DNA of 64,000 nt from Candidatus Bathyarchaeota archaeon (GCA_963714275.1 CAVQNT010000002.1:896001-960000); one strand, 5' to 3'. Positions 11,299-22,558 are shown, counted from the first letter of the stretch. Notes: generated from the sequence alone by a model not told the origin. A program made the numbers and translations.

Positions 11299-12468
11299 CT
11301 ATTTCTGGAAATGACTTGACACCTTTTCCAGAGCCTCAATGATTTTTTTAAGGTCTTCATCGCCGAGGTTTGGGTGAACCGGGACAGAAAAAACCTTTTT
11401 CGATAAATCCCCCGCGACTGGACACTTAACTCTTGAGCCGTACCTTTTAAGGGCAGGTTGTTTTGACAGCGGAATCGGATAGTATACCATGCAGCCAATG
11501 TTCTCTGCCTTCAGGGCGTTCACGAACGTGTCTCTTGTGCACTTGTACTGGTTAAGGTTCATGATGACCGTGTAGTAGCTGTACGAGTGGTCCACGCCTT
11601 TTCCCGGTTTCTGGGGTTTTAACCCGCGGATTCGGCATAAACCTTTAGCGAGAGCCTTTGCGTTACGCTTTCTTTTTGCCAAGAACTCGTCGTACAACTT
11701 GAGCTGGTTGAGCCCGATGGCTGCAGCGATATCCGTTAATCTGTAATTAAGTCCTAATGTTACGGAGAGGTATCTTGTCTGCTGCCCGTGGTTTCGGAAC
11801 AACAATCCTTTCTCGTAAAGTTTTTTGGAGTTGGTTGTGACCAGTCCGCCTTCACTGGTCGTCAATGTCTTTGTTGGGTAAAAACTGTAACAATTTAGGT
11901 CGTCATAAGATCCCACGTCTTTTCCGTTGACCTTAGTTCCGTGAGCTTGGGCTGCATCGTTGACCAAGTAGAGGCCGTGTTCATCAGCGATTTCGCCTAA
12001 AGCCTTCATGTCCGCAGCGTTCCCAAACAGGTGCACGGGCGCAATGGCTTTGGTTTTGGAAGTGATTTTTTCCTTAACGTCCTCAAGGTCAATCGTCAAG
12101 GTTTCCCCGTCTATGTCGGCAAAAACTGGTTTCCCGCGGGCGAACACGACGGTGCTGGCTGTGGCTATGAAGGTGAAATCTGGAACAATAACCTCGTCCC
12201 CCGGCTTCAATATTGAAGCATAAGCAGCGTGTAAAGCGGCTGTCCCGGAACTAACAGCATAAGCGTATTCTGCTCCAACTCTTTTTTTGAATTCTTCCTC
12301 GAACTGTGTGGTTTTCGAGCCTTGTATGATGCAGCCCGACTTAAGTACTTCTGAGATATCGCGAATTGTCTTTTCTGGAAAAATCGGTTTAGCTATCGGA
12401 ATCTCCTTTTCGGAAACGGGTTTTCCGCCATTAATTGCCAGTTTTTCCATGCTTTCATCCTTTTCCAT
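11299..12468 (-). CDS. DegT/DnrJ/EryC1/StrS sugar aminotransferase
   Basis: SSGTAALH, DAAQAHG, SFYPTKT..EGG. Confidence 0.92.
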   Translation of the reverse strand: MEKDESMEKLAINGGKPVSEKEIPIAKPIFPEKTIRDISEVLKSGCIIQGSKTTQFEEEFKKRVGAEYAYAVSSGTAALHAAYASILKPGDEVIVPDFTFIATASTVVFARGKPVFADIDGETLTIDLEDVKEKITSKTKAIAPVHLFGNAADMKALGEIADEHGLYLVNDAAQAHGTKVNGKDVGSYDDLNCYSFYPTKTLTTSEGGLVTTNSKKLYEKGLLFRNHGQQTRYLSVTLGLNYRLTDIAAAIGLNQLKLYDEFLAKRKRNAKALAKGLCRIRGLKPQKPGKGVDHSYSYYTVIMNLNQYKCTRDTFVNALKAENIGCMVYYPIPLSKQPALKRYGSRVKCPVAGDLSKKVFSVPVHPNLGDEDLKKIIEALEKVSSHFQK

Positions 12469-12474
12469 TAGTAA

Positions 12475-13476
12475 TTACCGCCTTACTTTCCAAGGGGTTG
12501 GACCTAAAACCTCCTCGGTTGCCAGCGGTTTCCAAAATGACTCGTTCTTGACATACCAATTAACTGTTTCATTTAAGGCTGAATAAAAGGTATGCTGAGG
12601 CTTCCATCCCAATTCTGTGTGGATTTTTGATGAGCTGAGGCTGTATCTTAGGTCGTGGCCGGGTCTGTCCTCAACGAAGGTTACGAGGCTTTCTTTTTTC
12701 CTCAACATTCCAAGAATTTGCTTGACTAGCTCAATGTTCGAAACCTCGTTTCCTGAAGAAACGTTGTAAATTTCGCCCGGTTTACCTTTATCCAGAACGC
12801 GGAAGACCGCTTCACAATGGTCCAGCACGTAAATCCAGTCTCTGACGTTTGCCCCTTTGCCATAAACAGGCACCTGAAGGTTTCTGTATGCACGGATAAT
12901 GGTCTTCGGTATCAGCTTCTCTGGAAACTGGTATGGACCAAAATTGTTGGTGCACCGCGTTATTTTCACGTTTAAACCATAAGTTCTGTGATATGCCAAA
13001 CACAGCATATCCGCAGCGGCTTTCGTCGCGGAATACGGGTTTGAGGGAGTAAGCCTATCCGTTTCGGTATAGGAGCCTTCAACAGCGTCGCCGTAAACCT
13101 CGTCCGTGGAAACCTGAACGTAAACAGCGGAATCGTTGTTTTTTCGGATGGCTTCCAGCAACGTAAACACGCCCATGATGTTGCTTTTTATGAAAGGCGA
13201 CGGGTCCGCTATGCTTCGGTCAACATGGGTTTCAGCTGCGAAGTTTACGATGGCGTCTGCATCCTCGACGTGTTTATTGATAAACCTGGGATTTGAGATG
13301 TCTCCTTTAACGAAAACGTAATTCGCCGTTTGTTGCAGGTCTTTAAGGTTTTCGGGGTTTGAGCCTAAACCGAGCTTGTCGATGTTGGTGACCGCAATTT
13401 CGGGGTGTTCCCTAACTGTCTGCCTCACGAAATTGGCTCCGATAAAGCCTAAGCCGCCAGTTACTAGAAGACGCAG
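12475..13476 (-). CDS. rfbB: dTDP-glucose 4,6-dehydratase
   Basis: VTGGLGFIG, AAETHVDRSI, STDEVYG, YSATK, RPGHD.RY; start uncertain (CTG after AGGAGG). Confidence 0.92.
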   Translation of the reverse strand: MRLLVTGGLGFIGANFVRQTVREHPEIAVTNIDKLGLGSNPENLKDLQQTANYVFVKGDISNPRFINKHVEDADAIVNFAAETHVDRSIADPSPFIKSNIMGVFTLLEAIRKNNDSAVYVQVSTDEVYGDAVEGSYTETDRLTPSNPYSATKAAADMLCLAYHRTYGLNVKITRCTNNFGPYQFPEKLIPKTIIRAYRNLQVPVYGKGANVRDWIYVLDHCEAVFRVLDKGKPGEIYNVSSGNEVSNIELVKQILGMLRKKESLVTFVEDRPGHDLRYSLSSSKIHTELGWKPQHTFYSALNETVNWYVKNESFWKPLATEEVLGPTPWKVRR

Positions 13477-13490
13477 CTTTCTTTGTCCTC

Positions 13491-14852
13491 CTACGTGTGT
13501 TTGTTGATGAATTCCTTCATTATGTTTATCATGTAAGCAAGTTTCTCTTCTGTCAACCCTGGATAGACGCCGAGGAAAAATGAATCGTGCAAGATATGGT
13601 CGCTGTTCGAAAGTTTCTCTGCGACACGGCACTTAACGTTTTTGTACGCAGGATGACTAAGAATGTTTCCTGCGAAAAGCACCTTTACCTCAATGTTGTG
13701 TTTGGTAAACCATTGGGTAACATCCCTTCTCTTGAACGGTGCTTTTTCTGTGATTGTTAACGGAAAGGCAAACCAGCAGGGCTCGCTTTTAGGAAGAGAC
13801 TTCGGCAAAACAAAGAAGTCTTCGAAATTTTGAAACTCGTCAAACAAATACTTGAAATTTTTTTTCCTCGCCTCAATGAATCCTGTGAGCTTTTTGAGCT
13901 GAGCTAAGCCCATTGCTGCCTGGATTTCTGTGGGTTGAAGGTTAAAACCGATTTCCGTGTAGCTATACCGTTTATCGTAGTCTTCGGGCAGAATTGAATC
14001 GACCTGTCTTTCGTATCGGGCGGATTTGGGGCAGCCTTTGTCGGGGCAATGTTGAGGGTTGCAGATTGGTATTACGCACGTTCTTCCCCAATCCCGTAAG
14101 GAAAGTATTATTTCGGCAAGTTTTTCGTCGTTTGTTACGATGGTTCCTCCTTCTCCCGTCGTAATCTGGTGAGCAGGATAGAAGCTGAACGTGCCGAGAC
14201 TGCCGAATCCTCCAACGAGTTTTCCGTCGTACCTTGAACCTAAAGCGTCGCAGGCGTCTTCGATAAGGAACAGGTCATGTTCCTTGGCGAAATCAACTAT
14301 GTAATCCATGTCATTGGGATTGCCTAAAACGTGTGGCAAAAAAATCGCTTTTGTCTTTTTCGACAAAGCAGAGCATAGACTTTCAGTGTGAACATTGTAT
14401 GTACCAATTTCCGCGTCCAGCAGAACTGGAACCAGACCGTTCTGAATTATGGGGTTGATGGTTGTTGGGAATGTCGAGGCTGGCGTTATCACCTCGTCGC
14501 CTTTCTTAAGTCTATCATCGTCGCTGAGCCTGCTAGATGTTAGAGCTGAAGCAGCCAACAAGTTTGCTGAGGAACCAGAATTCGTCATCACCGCCTTTGT
14601 TACAGCGAGAAACCTTGCGAACTCCGATTCAAACCTTTTCGAATATTTGCCGACGCCGAACCATCCGTCAAGAATGGCGTTGAACATGCTCTCGATTTCT
14701 TCATGGTCGTACACGGCTTCGGCGTACCGCACCAAATCCCTGCCTGGCGTGAAGGTTTTTCCTGAGGAACGAGCCCGAAGAATGCGTCTTACGGTTTCGA
14801 AGATTTCGTCACGTAAAGGGGCTTCTTCATCCTTCATTTCCGTCTTCCTCAA
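13491..14852 (-). CDS. rfbH: RfbH/E1-type NDP-4-keto-6-deoxyglucose 3-dehydratase
   Basis: NSGSSANLLA, FPTT.NPI, SFYPAHQITTGEGG (His in place of the aminotransferase Lys), RDWGR. Confidence 0.85.
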   Translation of the reverse strand: MRKTEMKDEEAPLRDEIFETVRRILRARSSGKTFTPGRDLVRYAEAVYDHEEIESMFNAILDGWFGVGKYSKRFESEFARFLAVTKAVMTNSGSSANLLAASALTSSRLSDDDRLKKGDEVITPASTFPTTINPIIQNGLVPVLLDAEIGTYNVHTESLCSALSKKTKAIFLPHVLGNPNDMDYIVDFAKEHDLFLIEDACDALGSRYDGKLVGGFGSLGTFSFYPAHQITTGEGGTIVTNDEKLAEIILSLRDWGRTCVIPICNPQHCPDKGCPKSARYERQVDSILPEDYDKRYSYTEIGFNLQPTEIQAAMGLAQLKKLTGFIEARKKNFKYLFDEFQNFEDFFVLPKSLPKSEPCWFAFPLTITEKAPFKRRDVTQWFTKHNIEVKVLFAGNILSHPAYKNVKCRVAEKLSNSDHILHDSFFLGVYPGLTEEKLAYMINIMKEFINKHT

Positions 14853-15715
14853 CCTTTTATTTCTTTAAGCCATTCTATGGTTTCCTTCAAGCCTTTTTCC
14901 AGCGGGATCTCAGCTTCCCAGCTCATCAGCCTTTTAGCCTTTTCGTAAGAGCCGACCTGAGCCTTGATTCCTCCAAAAGCTTTGGGGTAATCGACAAACC
15001 TTATTTCTGACTTGCTTCCAGAAAGTTTTTTGACCATTTTGGCAACATCCAAATTGGTCGCGGCTTTTCCTGTGGCAAGATTAATGGCTTCTCCAGCTGG
15101 AAGGATTCTAGCCAACCATAATCCTTTCACTATGTCCTTCGCGTAGACGTAGTCTCGAGTGTCTAAGCCATCCCCGAAAACTGTGATCGGCTTATTCTTT
15201 ATAGCTTGGAAGTAAAAGGTCGGCATAATCTTGTTCAGTTGCTGATGTGGGCCATACGGGTTAAACAACCTAACAATCTTCACGTCCAGCCCATAACATT
15301 TGTAATACGTGTAACAGAACCTGTCAACTGCTGCCTTGGAAGCTGCGTATGGATTGGTTGGGTTGAAGGGAAAATCCTCAGTTATCGGAATACGCGAATC
15401 ACCATATACCTCACAGCTGCTAGGATAAACCAGCGGAATCCCGAGTTCCCGGCAAACCTCCAAAACATTCAGCGAGCCCTTAAGATTAACATCGATTGTA
15501 TGAACTGGGTTTAGGACGCTTTCAGCTGGTCTAGCCTCCGCTGCAAAGTGGTAGACAAGATCGCATTTCTTAACCTCGCTGCGAAGCTGGTCTTTGTTAA
15601 AAATGTCACCACCTTTTTTACGGGAAAAACCCAGTATTTCAACATTCTCTTCATGAAGAAGGTTTTTCATGTTGGTTCCGATGAAACCCGTGTCTCCAGT
15701 TAACAGCACTATCAA
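14849..15715 (-). CDS. NAD-dependent epimerase/dehydratase
   Basis: TGDTGFIG, YAASK, RLFNPYGP. Confidence 0.88.
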   Translation of the reverse strand: MIVLLTGDTGFIGTNMKNLLHEENVEILGFSRKKGGDIFNKDQLRSEVKKCDLVYHFAAEARPAESVLNPVHTIDVNLKGSLNVLEVCRELGIPLVYPSSCEVYGDSRIPITEDFPFNPTNPYAASKAAVDRFCYTYYKCYGLDVKIVRLFNPYGPHQQLNKIMPTFYFQAIKNKPITVFGDGLDTRDYVYAKDIVKGLWLARILPAGEAINLATGKAATNLDVAKMVKKLSGSKSEIRFVDYPKAFGGIKAQVGSYEKAKRLMSWEAEIPLEKGLKETIEWLKEIKG

Positions 15716-15731
15716 ACTTTTGTCACTTACC

Positions 15732-16823
15732 TTACAAAGCCACTTGCGAAGACTCGCCGAGGATGAATTTTCTTCCGCTGGGCTTAGATTCAGCGTTCGA
15801 AACAATCTTGGTGTTTGGACCAATTATACTGTCAGTAATCCGCTCTTTCACATCTAACAGGCAGCCGTCCATCACTATGCTATTAATTATCTCGCCTCGT
15901 TTTATGACCACATTATTGCCGATGCTCGTGTAGGGACCGATGTAGACGTCTGCTCCAACCGTTGAATTTTGCCCCACAACCGCGGGACCCATAATTAAAG
16001 CACCAGCCTTCACAAGTGAGCCTTGTCCTGTTGAGACCCGACCTTGAATTGAGGATTGAGATTCAACGGTGCCCTTTGTTTCCGGGGTCAGGTCGTCTAG
16101 CACCAAGCGGTTTGCTTCAAGAATGTCCTCAGGAGAACCCGTGTCCTTCCACCAGCCTGACACAACATAATGACCAACGTTGTATCCGCCCTCAACCAAG
16201 AGGTGAATAGCTTCTGTTATCTCGAGCTCGCCTCGCCAAGAAGGCTTCAACTTTTTAATCATGCTAAAGATGACGTGTCTGAAAAAGTATATGCCAGTTA
16301 ATGCGTACTGACTCGGAGGAACCTTCGGTTTTTCGACCAGACCTATCAATTTTCCGTCTTCGTCGAATTTTGCTACTCCGAAAAGCTGGGGGTTCTTAAC
16401 AGGACACAACAGTATCGTGGCGTCGTTATCTGAGGCTCTGAATTCGTCTGCGTATTTTTTTATTCCTCCCTTCAGCAGGTTGTCTCCAAGATACACCACG
16501 AAATCTTCTTTTTTTACGAATTCTTCACAAAGGTTAACGGCGTGAGCTATGCCTTTAGGGTTGCCCTGATGAATGTACGTTAGGTTGACCCCAAACTTGT
16601 CGCCATCGCTGTAATATTCTTTAACCTTCTCGGGGTAAATGTCTCCCAAAATTATGGCGACGTCTTTAATGCCTGAATCTCGCAGATCCTCAAGAACATA
16701 CTGCGAAATGGGCTTGTTGGCAATGGGGATCAGCTGCTTCGGACCTGTGTGGGTAAGCGGACGAAGCCTTGTGCCGTGACCTCCATGAAGAATTACGCCC
16801 TTCAAGATTGAAGCACAACCCAT
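15732..16823 (-). CDS. rfbA: Glucose-1-phosphate thymidylyltransferase (long form with left-handed beta-helix)
   Basis: GGHGTRLRP, KQLIP, LGDN, RGELEIT, WKDTG. Confidence 0.92.
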   Translation of the reverse strand: MGCASILKGVILHGGHGTRLRPLTHTGPKQLIPIANKPISQYVLEDLRDSGIKDVAIILGDIYPEKVKEYYSDGDKFGVNLTYIHQGNPKGIAHAVNLCEEFVKKEDFVVYLGDNLLKGGIKKYADEFRASDNDATILLCPVKNPQLFGVAKFDEDGKLIGLVEKPKVPPSQYALTGIYFFRHVIFSMIKKLKPSWRGELEITEAIHLLVEGGYNVGHYVVSGWWKDTGSPEDILEANRLVLDDLTPETKGTVESQSSIQGRVSTGQGSLVKAGALIMGPAVVGQNSTVGADVYIGPYTSIGNNVVIKRGEIINSIVMDGCLLDVKERITDSIIGPNTKIVSNAESKPSGRKFILGESSQVAL

Positions 16824-16997
16824 ACGGTTTAACTAGTGAGTATCATCTCAGAAACAATTAAGCTTATTCATCTTTCAGAAAATTTTCTAGAATATGGTGG
16901 TCTTCCGCTGATCGGTGGTGAAATCTATTAATCCAAGATTTGTTTAGCAGGCGGACCTCAACGGTGTGCCGTCAAGAAGACCAATCTGTTTAGGAAA

Positions 16998-17392
16998 CTA
17001 AATTACCTTGGTGAAAGTGTCCTTTATCTCAGCCAGCTCGTCCTCAGTAGCCTTGAGCCCTAACTCAAATGCTTGTTTATTTTCATCGTAGGTTTCTTGC
17101 TTTATCTCTTTGGCAATGTTACGCATTTCCAGAGTCGCGAGGAACAATTTGAGAAGCTCTGCTTGGTTTTCGAGCTCGTCACTCTTTCAGTCATTTTTTG
17201 CATGAGCGACTTTTGATGAGACTCTAAGTCAGCTATATTTTCGTTCAAGCCGCCTACAAGGTGCTCGTAAGTAGGCTGCGACATTCTGTTTTTTGCCAAC
17301 AACTCGTCGAGGGCTTGTTTCTTTCTGTTAGCCAATTCAAGCTCTGAATGGACCACTTCAAACGTATTCTTCCATGAACTCAACATAAACAC
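16998..17392 (-). CDS. CdvA-like coiled-coil protein, frameshift near 17180
   Basis: SWK..F..ELA.RKKQALD.LL...RMSQ.TY resembles Bathyarchaeia CdvA-like proteins as I recall them; shifted frame continues ...LEMRNIAKEIKQETYD...TKVI*. Confidence 0.65.
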
Positions 17393-17451
17393 CTTCTAAT
17401 CACATTGGGTACAACCATATTTTTGTCAGAATCACCATATAATATTTAACA

Positions 17452-18961
17452 TTAAGTCTCATATGCGACGGTTGGCCTACCAGTTCCCTCCGAAGTCAAG
17501 GATGTTACAATAACATATGGAACGCGTTGCTTAATGTAATTGACGATGTGTTTTAACCTCGCTGGGTCATAACTCAATGTCAGCTCGTCAAGAATAAAGA
17601 AGGGAAAGTCGGGCAAAAAAGTTTCCTTAGCAGCCAGCATCAGAATCAGGCTCACAGTAAGTTTCTCAGACGCACTAAGGGTCTCGATAGGTTGGCGGAC
17701 ACCGTTTTCACGCACAACATGCAGACCGAAGTTCTGGTCGAGGAAGACGTTTTCGAACCCTTTAAGCTCAAGTTCCCGGAACGCTCTGTTGACGTTTCGG
17801 TTAAACCGAAGCTTCGCAGAGGTCATGCGCCTCATGTATTTTTCTTGAAAGTACTCGATGACCCTGTTTAGCCATTCAATCTTCCGCATTGCCTCTTTTC
17901 GAACTTCGACAACTAAACGACCACCATATTTCGGGTCGTCTTCAGGGAACTTTTCAGCCTGCTGAATCGCCTCTTCCTTAAGGATTACTGCCTTGTTTAA
18001 GCGCTGGAGCTCCATCTCCAAAGTGTATAGTCCTTTGATTTTTTCTGAGATCTTATCCTGATATTGCCTTTCTATTTTTTCCGACTCGGCTTTTAGGTCA
18101 GCAAGTCGTCCGGATTCTTTTAAAATTTCTCTTTGAGTTTTTTCCTGTTTTCTTTTTGAGTCAGTAATACTGTTTTTTATTTGGGCAGCCACCTTAGCGG
18201 AGTCGTCAGTCAGGCTCAAGAAAACTTTTCAGCTGCTGCTCCTTTTCTTTTTCATTGTTTAGCTCTTTTCTGAGCTCAGACAATGTTGCCTCCTCTCTTA
18301 CGAGTCGAGCTTTTTTATCTTCCTTTCTCTTCGCTGCGTCTTGAACCTCATTTTCATGACTGGACCTGAGACTCGCAATTTTGGCTTCCGCCTGTTCACG
18401 CCTCAAATACAGGTTCGTCAGTTCGGTGACCAAAAGTGGAAGAGATTCAAATCTTTCGAAGCTTTGGCTGGCCAGTTCTCTGCTCATTTCGTTCACGAGT
18501 TCTTGAGCTACCGAGGAAACGGTGCTGTAGTATTTGCCATAAGAAAGATTTTCTAAATACTCTCTGAATATTGCTCCGCCACCAGTAATTTTGTGCACGA
18601 CTCCAGTTTCAGCCATAGCCACACATGCATCGAAGGCTCTGTGGTCTGCGAACGGCATCATAGGTCCTGATGCGACAACAGATCCTGAAGGGGTTCTTCT
18701 AAGCGTTTTCACGTATGACTTGCCACCGTATTGGACGGCGATTCTTCCTTGAACCTCGTCCAAGGCAAGGATGTGGGCTGGGGGAACTTGGTCAGAAAAC
18801 ATCGAGGTGAAGCCACGTATAAGGCTAGTTTTCCCCGAGGCATTTGGAGCCCTTATAATGTTAATTCCAGGCTTTATTTCAAGCTGGATTTGTTTCAGCG
18901 GACCTATGTTTTTAAGCTCCAGAACCAGCCTCTGCCGAGTATCTCGTTGCATACTTTTCAA
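17452..18961 (-). CDS. Sph-like archaeal SMC-related ATPase, frameshift near 18210
   Basis: LKNIGP, Walker A APNASGKTS, coiled coil, signature LSASE, Walker B FFILDE. Confidence 0.8.
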
Positions 18962-19112
18962 GTATCTCCTTTACTTTTTCTTTGTCTTCCGAGTTTTTTC
19001 TGAGGATGCCTAAAATTTGGGTCTCAAACTCAGACACGTACGGAATTGCTTCACCTGCTTTTTCAGCACGGGTTTTTGACACTGTTCTTCGCTCCAAAAG
19101 AATACTTATCAC
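18912..19112 (-). CDS. Small hypothetical protein upstream of the SMC-like ATPase
   Basis: ORF with TATA-like TTTATAAA upstream; could be the frameshifted N-terminus of the ATPase. Confidence 0.4.
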   Translation of the reverse strand: MISILLERRTVSKTRAEKAGEAIPYVSEFETQILGILRKNSEDKEKVKEILEKYATRYSAEAGSGA

Positions 19113-19210
19113 TTACAGTAATAAAAGGGATTTAAACTTTATAAAACGCTTTCCAATAACAAAAGCAGTTTTCAATATATTTGTATCGAGCTTGTTTAGG
19201 TAGGGCTTTT

Positions 19211-20125
19211 TTAGTGAGTGGTTACATTACATTTTCTTATATAAGCCGTGTAATGCCATCCTTTAGTGTTGTTTTAGCTTTTGAATCCAAGCATTTTTTC
19301 CGCTTTTGCTGTGTCTGCCAATGTGTCGTTAACATAGTTTTTGATGGGATTTGGCTTGTAAATTGGTTTAATGTTTTTTCCGATTAGTCATTCAGTGAAT
19401 CGATGATTTGGTTGAAAGCTGTATGCAACTCCTGTTCCAACATTGAAAATTTCGTATTCAAAGTCTTTTTCCATAGCCGACATTAATGCTTTTACAACGT
19501 CTCCAACGTAAATAAAGTCCCTTGTCTGGTTTCCATCCCCAAAGATCGCGGGCTGTTCTTCCTTCAACATAGCCCAAAGAAATTGAGTGATTATGTTTGC
19601 GTATTTGCCCTTGTATTTTTCTTTTGGTCCGTATACGCTGAAAAACCGTAGGCCAATGGATTTTACGCCATATAAAGCGTTGTAGAGTTTTGCCAGCCTT
19701 TCAATTGAGTATCTGCATTCAGTGTAATAGTCTGTAACATATATGGGCATGTCTTCACGGTAAGGGGGTTTATTTCCATTATATAGGCTACTACTGCTTG
19801 CGTAGACAACGTTGCATTTTTTTTTCTTAGCATATTCAAAGACTGTAATTGCGTCATTTATTGCCTCACCGACGAGTTCAGGATTATTTCTATACATAGG
19901 CGAAGAAGATGGTATGCCAAGATGGAAAATCATGTCAGGCTTCTGAACAAGCGACTCCATTTTACTATAAGGTTCACTAAAAATTTTGGCTCCTAAGCCT
20001 TTAAGATTATTAGGATTTCCAGTGTTCATGTTGTCGAATACATTTACAGAATGTCTTTCGTTTAAAAGGCTTTCAACTAGATTACTACCAATGAAACCGC
20101 ATCCGCCCGTAACAATTGTCTTCAT
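19211..20125 (-). CDS. NAD-dependent epimerase/dehydratase with 3' frameshifts
   Basis: VTGGCGFIG, RFFSVYGP, TRDFIYV; C-terminus TLADT.KA..LG in another frame. Confidence 0.85.
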
Positions 20126-20256
20126 CTAATAAGTCACCCTATAATTGTTCATTTTATCCTTTCAGCTCAGCTGACTATTTAGTTTTTATATGGTTATTTT
20201 TAAGCATTAAGTATTAATTAACAATTTTTAAAGTTCTTCTTTTTCATTCCAAATTT

Positions 20257-20541
20257 CTAGATTGTTTTCCTTTTGGACCTTTGTCGAATTGGTAGTTCAT
20301 AATTCTCGCCAATGAACCAGCCAAAAATGGCCACTAACGCTCCGAAAGTGATCATCAACAGTTGCGTAGGTATATCGAAGTTGAACACTGCTAGTGGACT
20401 AATAAAGATTACCAGCCCCGACACGTAGGCTAAGGCTCCGAAAACAGCTGAAACAGTCATGCCCACGATTTCATGAAGCTTCTTTCCTAAAATAAAACCA
20501 GCCAAAAACGTTATCAGGATCATGAGCCAACCAAGGTCCAT
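20257..20541 (-). CDS. Small membrane protein
   Basis: Three hydrophobic segments. Confidence 0.5.
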   Translation of the reverse strand: MDLGWLMILITFLAGFILGKKLHEIVGMTVSAVFGALAYVSGLVIFISPLAVFNFDIPTQLLMITFGALVAIFGWFIGENYELPIRQRSKRKTI

Positions 20542-20694
20542 TTTTACACTTTGCCCCTTCGTTCTTTTATGGACCCCTATCTTAAGCAATAACATTAAAT
20601 GGTTTGTGTATTATAAAACGATTCTTTGCATCAATATTTATGCACAAAGACGTGTAGGTACATCAAAGGTTGTCTTACCTATTACTAGTGACTA

Positions 20695-20800
20695 GTGTGC
20701 GTGAGTTTAAATTTTAATCTTTTTCTTCTTCTTTCTATTACTCTATACATTACCCCCTTCACTCACGCGCACGTGTGTGTGACTCACACAAAAAACACAA
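20695..20800. repeat. Palindromic core (20705-20719) plus TIR-like terminus related to the Cas1 element
   Basis: GTGTGCGTGA-GTTTAAATTTTAATC-TTTTTCTTCTTC matches the 35101 junction. Confidence 0.7.
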
Positions 20801-20806
20801 AATATC

Positions 20807-21610
20807 TTAAGAGAATATTAACAAAAATAGGGGGATTTCTGGAATCAGCTCGGTTTCGGTTTTCTTGTAATTGTAGTAAATGTCAATAAAAGCCAATCCC
20901 ACGAGCACGGTGAAGCCTGCGACGAGTATTGAGCCGATGAACGGGATTAGACTCAAGACGAAGCTGCCGACGATAGCTATGATTATGAGTATTATTATGT
21001 CGCCAAGTCTGTTGCCCAGTACTTTGAAGGCTATAGATATGCTGTCTCCTATTCCGGTTTCGTCTATGACCATTATGACGAACATCAGGATTACGACTGG
21101 AATAAGAATAATCGTAATCGCCAAAATGGCTCCGATTATGGAGGCAAGAATGAAGGGTAACATCCGTTTAACAACATAGTTGACACTCCTTGAAAGATCC
21201 AACTCCTCATTCAAGTAAGCATCCCTCGACATATCTATGGAAGCAAAAAACATAATGTAAGACACAACTGCCCCAATCAAATTCAAGATTACGCCAATTG
21301 CTGCCAGGCCGATTGCAGCAGGACCGAATAGGTCAGCGACCCACCACCATCCCAAGGGGAAGAACCACTGGGCAACAAGAGACAACACTGCAGAAACAAC
21401 TGCGCCGACCAGAGCCGGCACCAACACGTGAGGCTTTGAAGTAATAATGTTCACACCTTTCTGCAAAGAAGAAATCGCATCGGTCTTCTGAACTGGCGCA
21501 GTTTTAGCCTCTTCCTTCTTTTCTTCTCCGCCAACGAGATCGTGGCCACAATTAACACAGAATTTGGCGCCTTCTTCAACTTCTTTTCCGCAATTCGGAC
21601 AGAACAGCAT
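20807..21610 (-). CDS. Zinc-ribbon multi-pass membrane protein
   Basis: FCPNCG..FCVNCG followed by several TM segments. Confidence 0.8.
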   Translation of the reverse strand: MLFCPNCGKEVEEGAKFCVNCGHDLVGGEEKKEEAKTAPVQKTDAISSLQKGVNIITSKPHVLVPALVGAVVSAVLSLVAQWFFPLGWWWVADLFGPAAIGLAAIGVILNLIGAVVSYIMFFASIDMSRDAYLNEELDLSRSVNYVVKRMLPFILASIIGAILAITIILIPVVILMFVIMVIDETGIGDSISIAFKVLGNRLGDIIILIIIAIVGSFVLSLIPFIGSILVAGFTVLVGLAFIDIYYNYKKTETELIPEIPLFLLIFS

Positions 21611-22066
21611 GAAACTGCATTCCCTCCATATTTCTTTTTTCTATCTGCTTGAACACAAAATATAACGTGGAACTTTAAAAGCCTTTAAAAAAATTAAAAT
21701 TTAAAGGAAAAGTTGGAAATAGAGAGTGATTTTTCACTTGATAACATAATTAATGAAGGGAAAACCAGAGACAAGAAGCACGCCCTCATAGGAAAGTGTC
21801 TAGGTCCAAGTTCTGGGTTCTCATAATCCCCAATAACGGAAATCCTTTTGAGGCTATATATTTGACTGTATTTTTTCGATAAGGCTGAACCGCCAAAATA
21901 GTGAGCTATTCATACCGAGATTTCGCGCATGTCTCTCTTTTTCCTCTAATTGCGATTAACAGAAGCCATTTCAGCAAAAAATATTAGTGAGCTAGCGAGA
22001 GAAAAGAGACAATAATTAACTTTGGAGAAGAACTTAGAATGATGGTTTTAGCACATCAGTTTTTAC

Positions 22067-22558
22067 TTAGTTTCTGTTTAGGAGGTGTTTTAACATTGAG
22101 ATTAGGTCTTTTATGTCTAGAAGAATGATCATTATTCCTCCTAATGCAAGTGTTAAACTAAAGCCTTGTAGAACTTCAGCTAGGGTTGTCATCTTCCAGC
22201 CTAGCCAGATTCTTACTGGTTCTTTGTATAAAAAAATCATTATTGCTAATGTGATGGTTAGAAAAATGGCAATTCCAATGGACAGTAAGCCAACATGATA
22301 ATGATGAATTCTTTTTCCATGAAAACTTATTTTAAAAATAAAGAATCTCCATACTACTATAAAATATATTATAATCACTGTTAGGGGGGCTAAGGGGATC
22401 CAGAGTGGAATGCTTAGGTTGAAGGGCACTTGAACTGCGTAGAGTGGGCTTTTTTGCCAGAAAACTGTTATTACATGCTGGTCAAGGCGGATCCATAGGA
22501 AGTATCCGTCTAAGTGTTGGTTGAATATGATGCATATTGCGATGAAGGCGAAGAACAA
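22067..22558 (-). CDS. Membrane protein with RIHHYH motif
   Basis: ORF, hydrophobic, HHYHVG. Confidence 0.55.
   Translation of the reverse strand: MFFAFIAICIIFNQHLDGYFLWIRLDQHVITVFWQKSPLYAVQVPFNLSIPLWIPLAPLTVIIIYFIVVWRFFIFKISFHGKRIHHYHVGLLSIGIAIFLTITLAIMIFLYKEPVRIWLGWKMTTLAEVLQGFSLTLALGGIMIILLDIKDLISMLKHLLNRN

Noticed and set aside
21685-21706. AAAAAAATTAAAATTTAAA as a core copy
   Set aside because: Pure A/T sequence lacking the diagnostic flanks.
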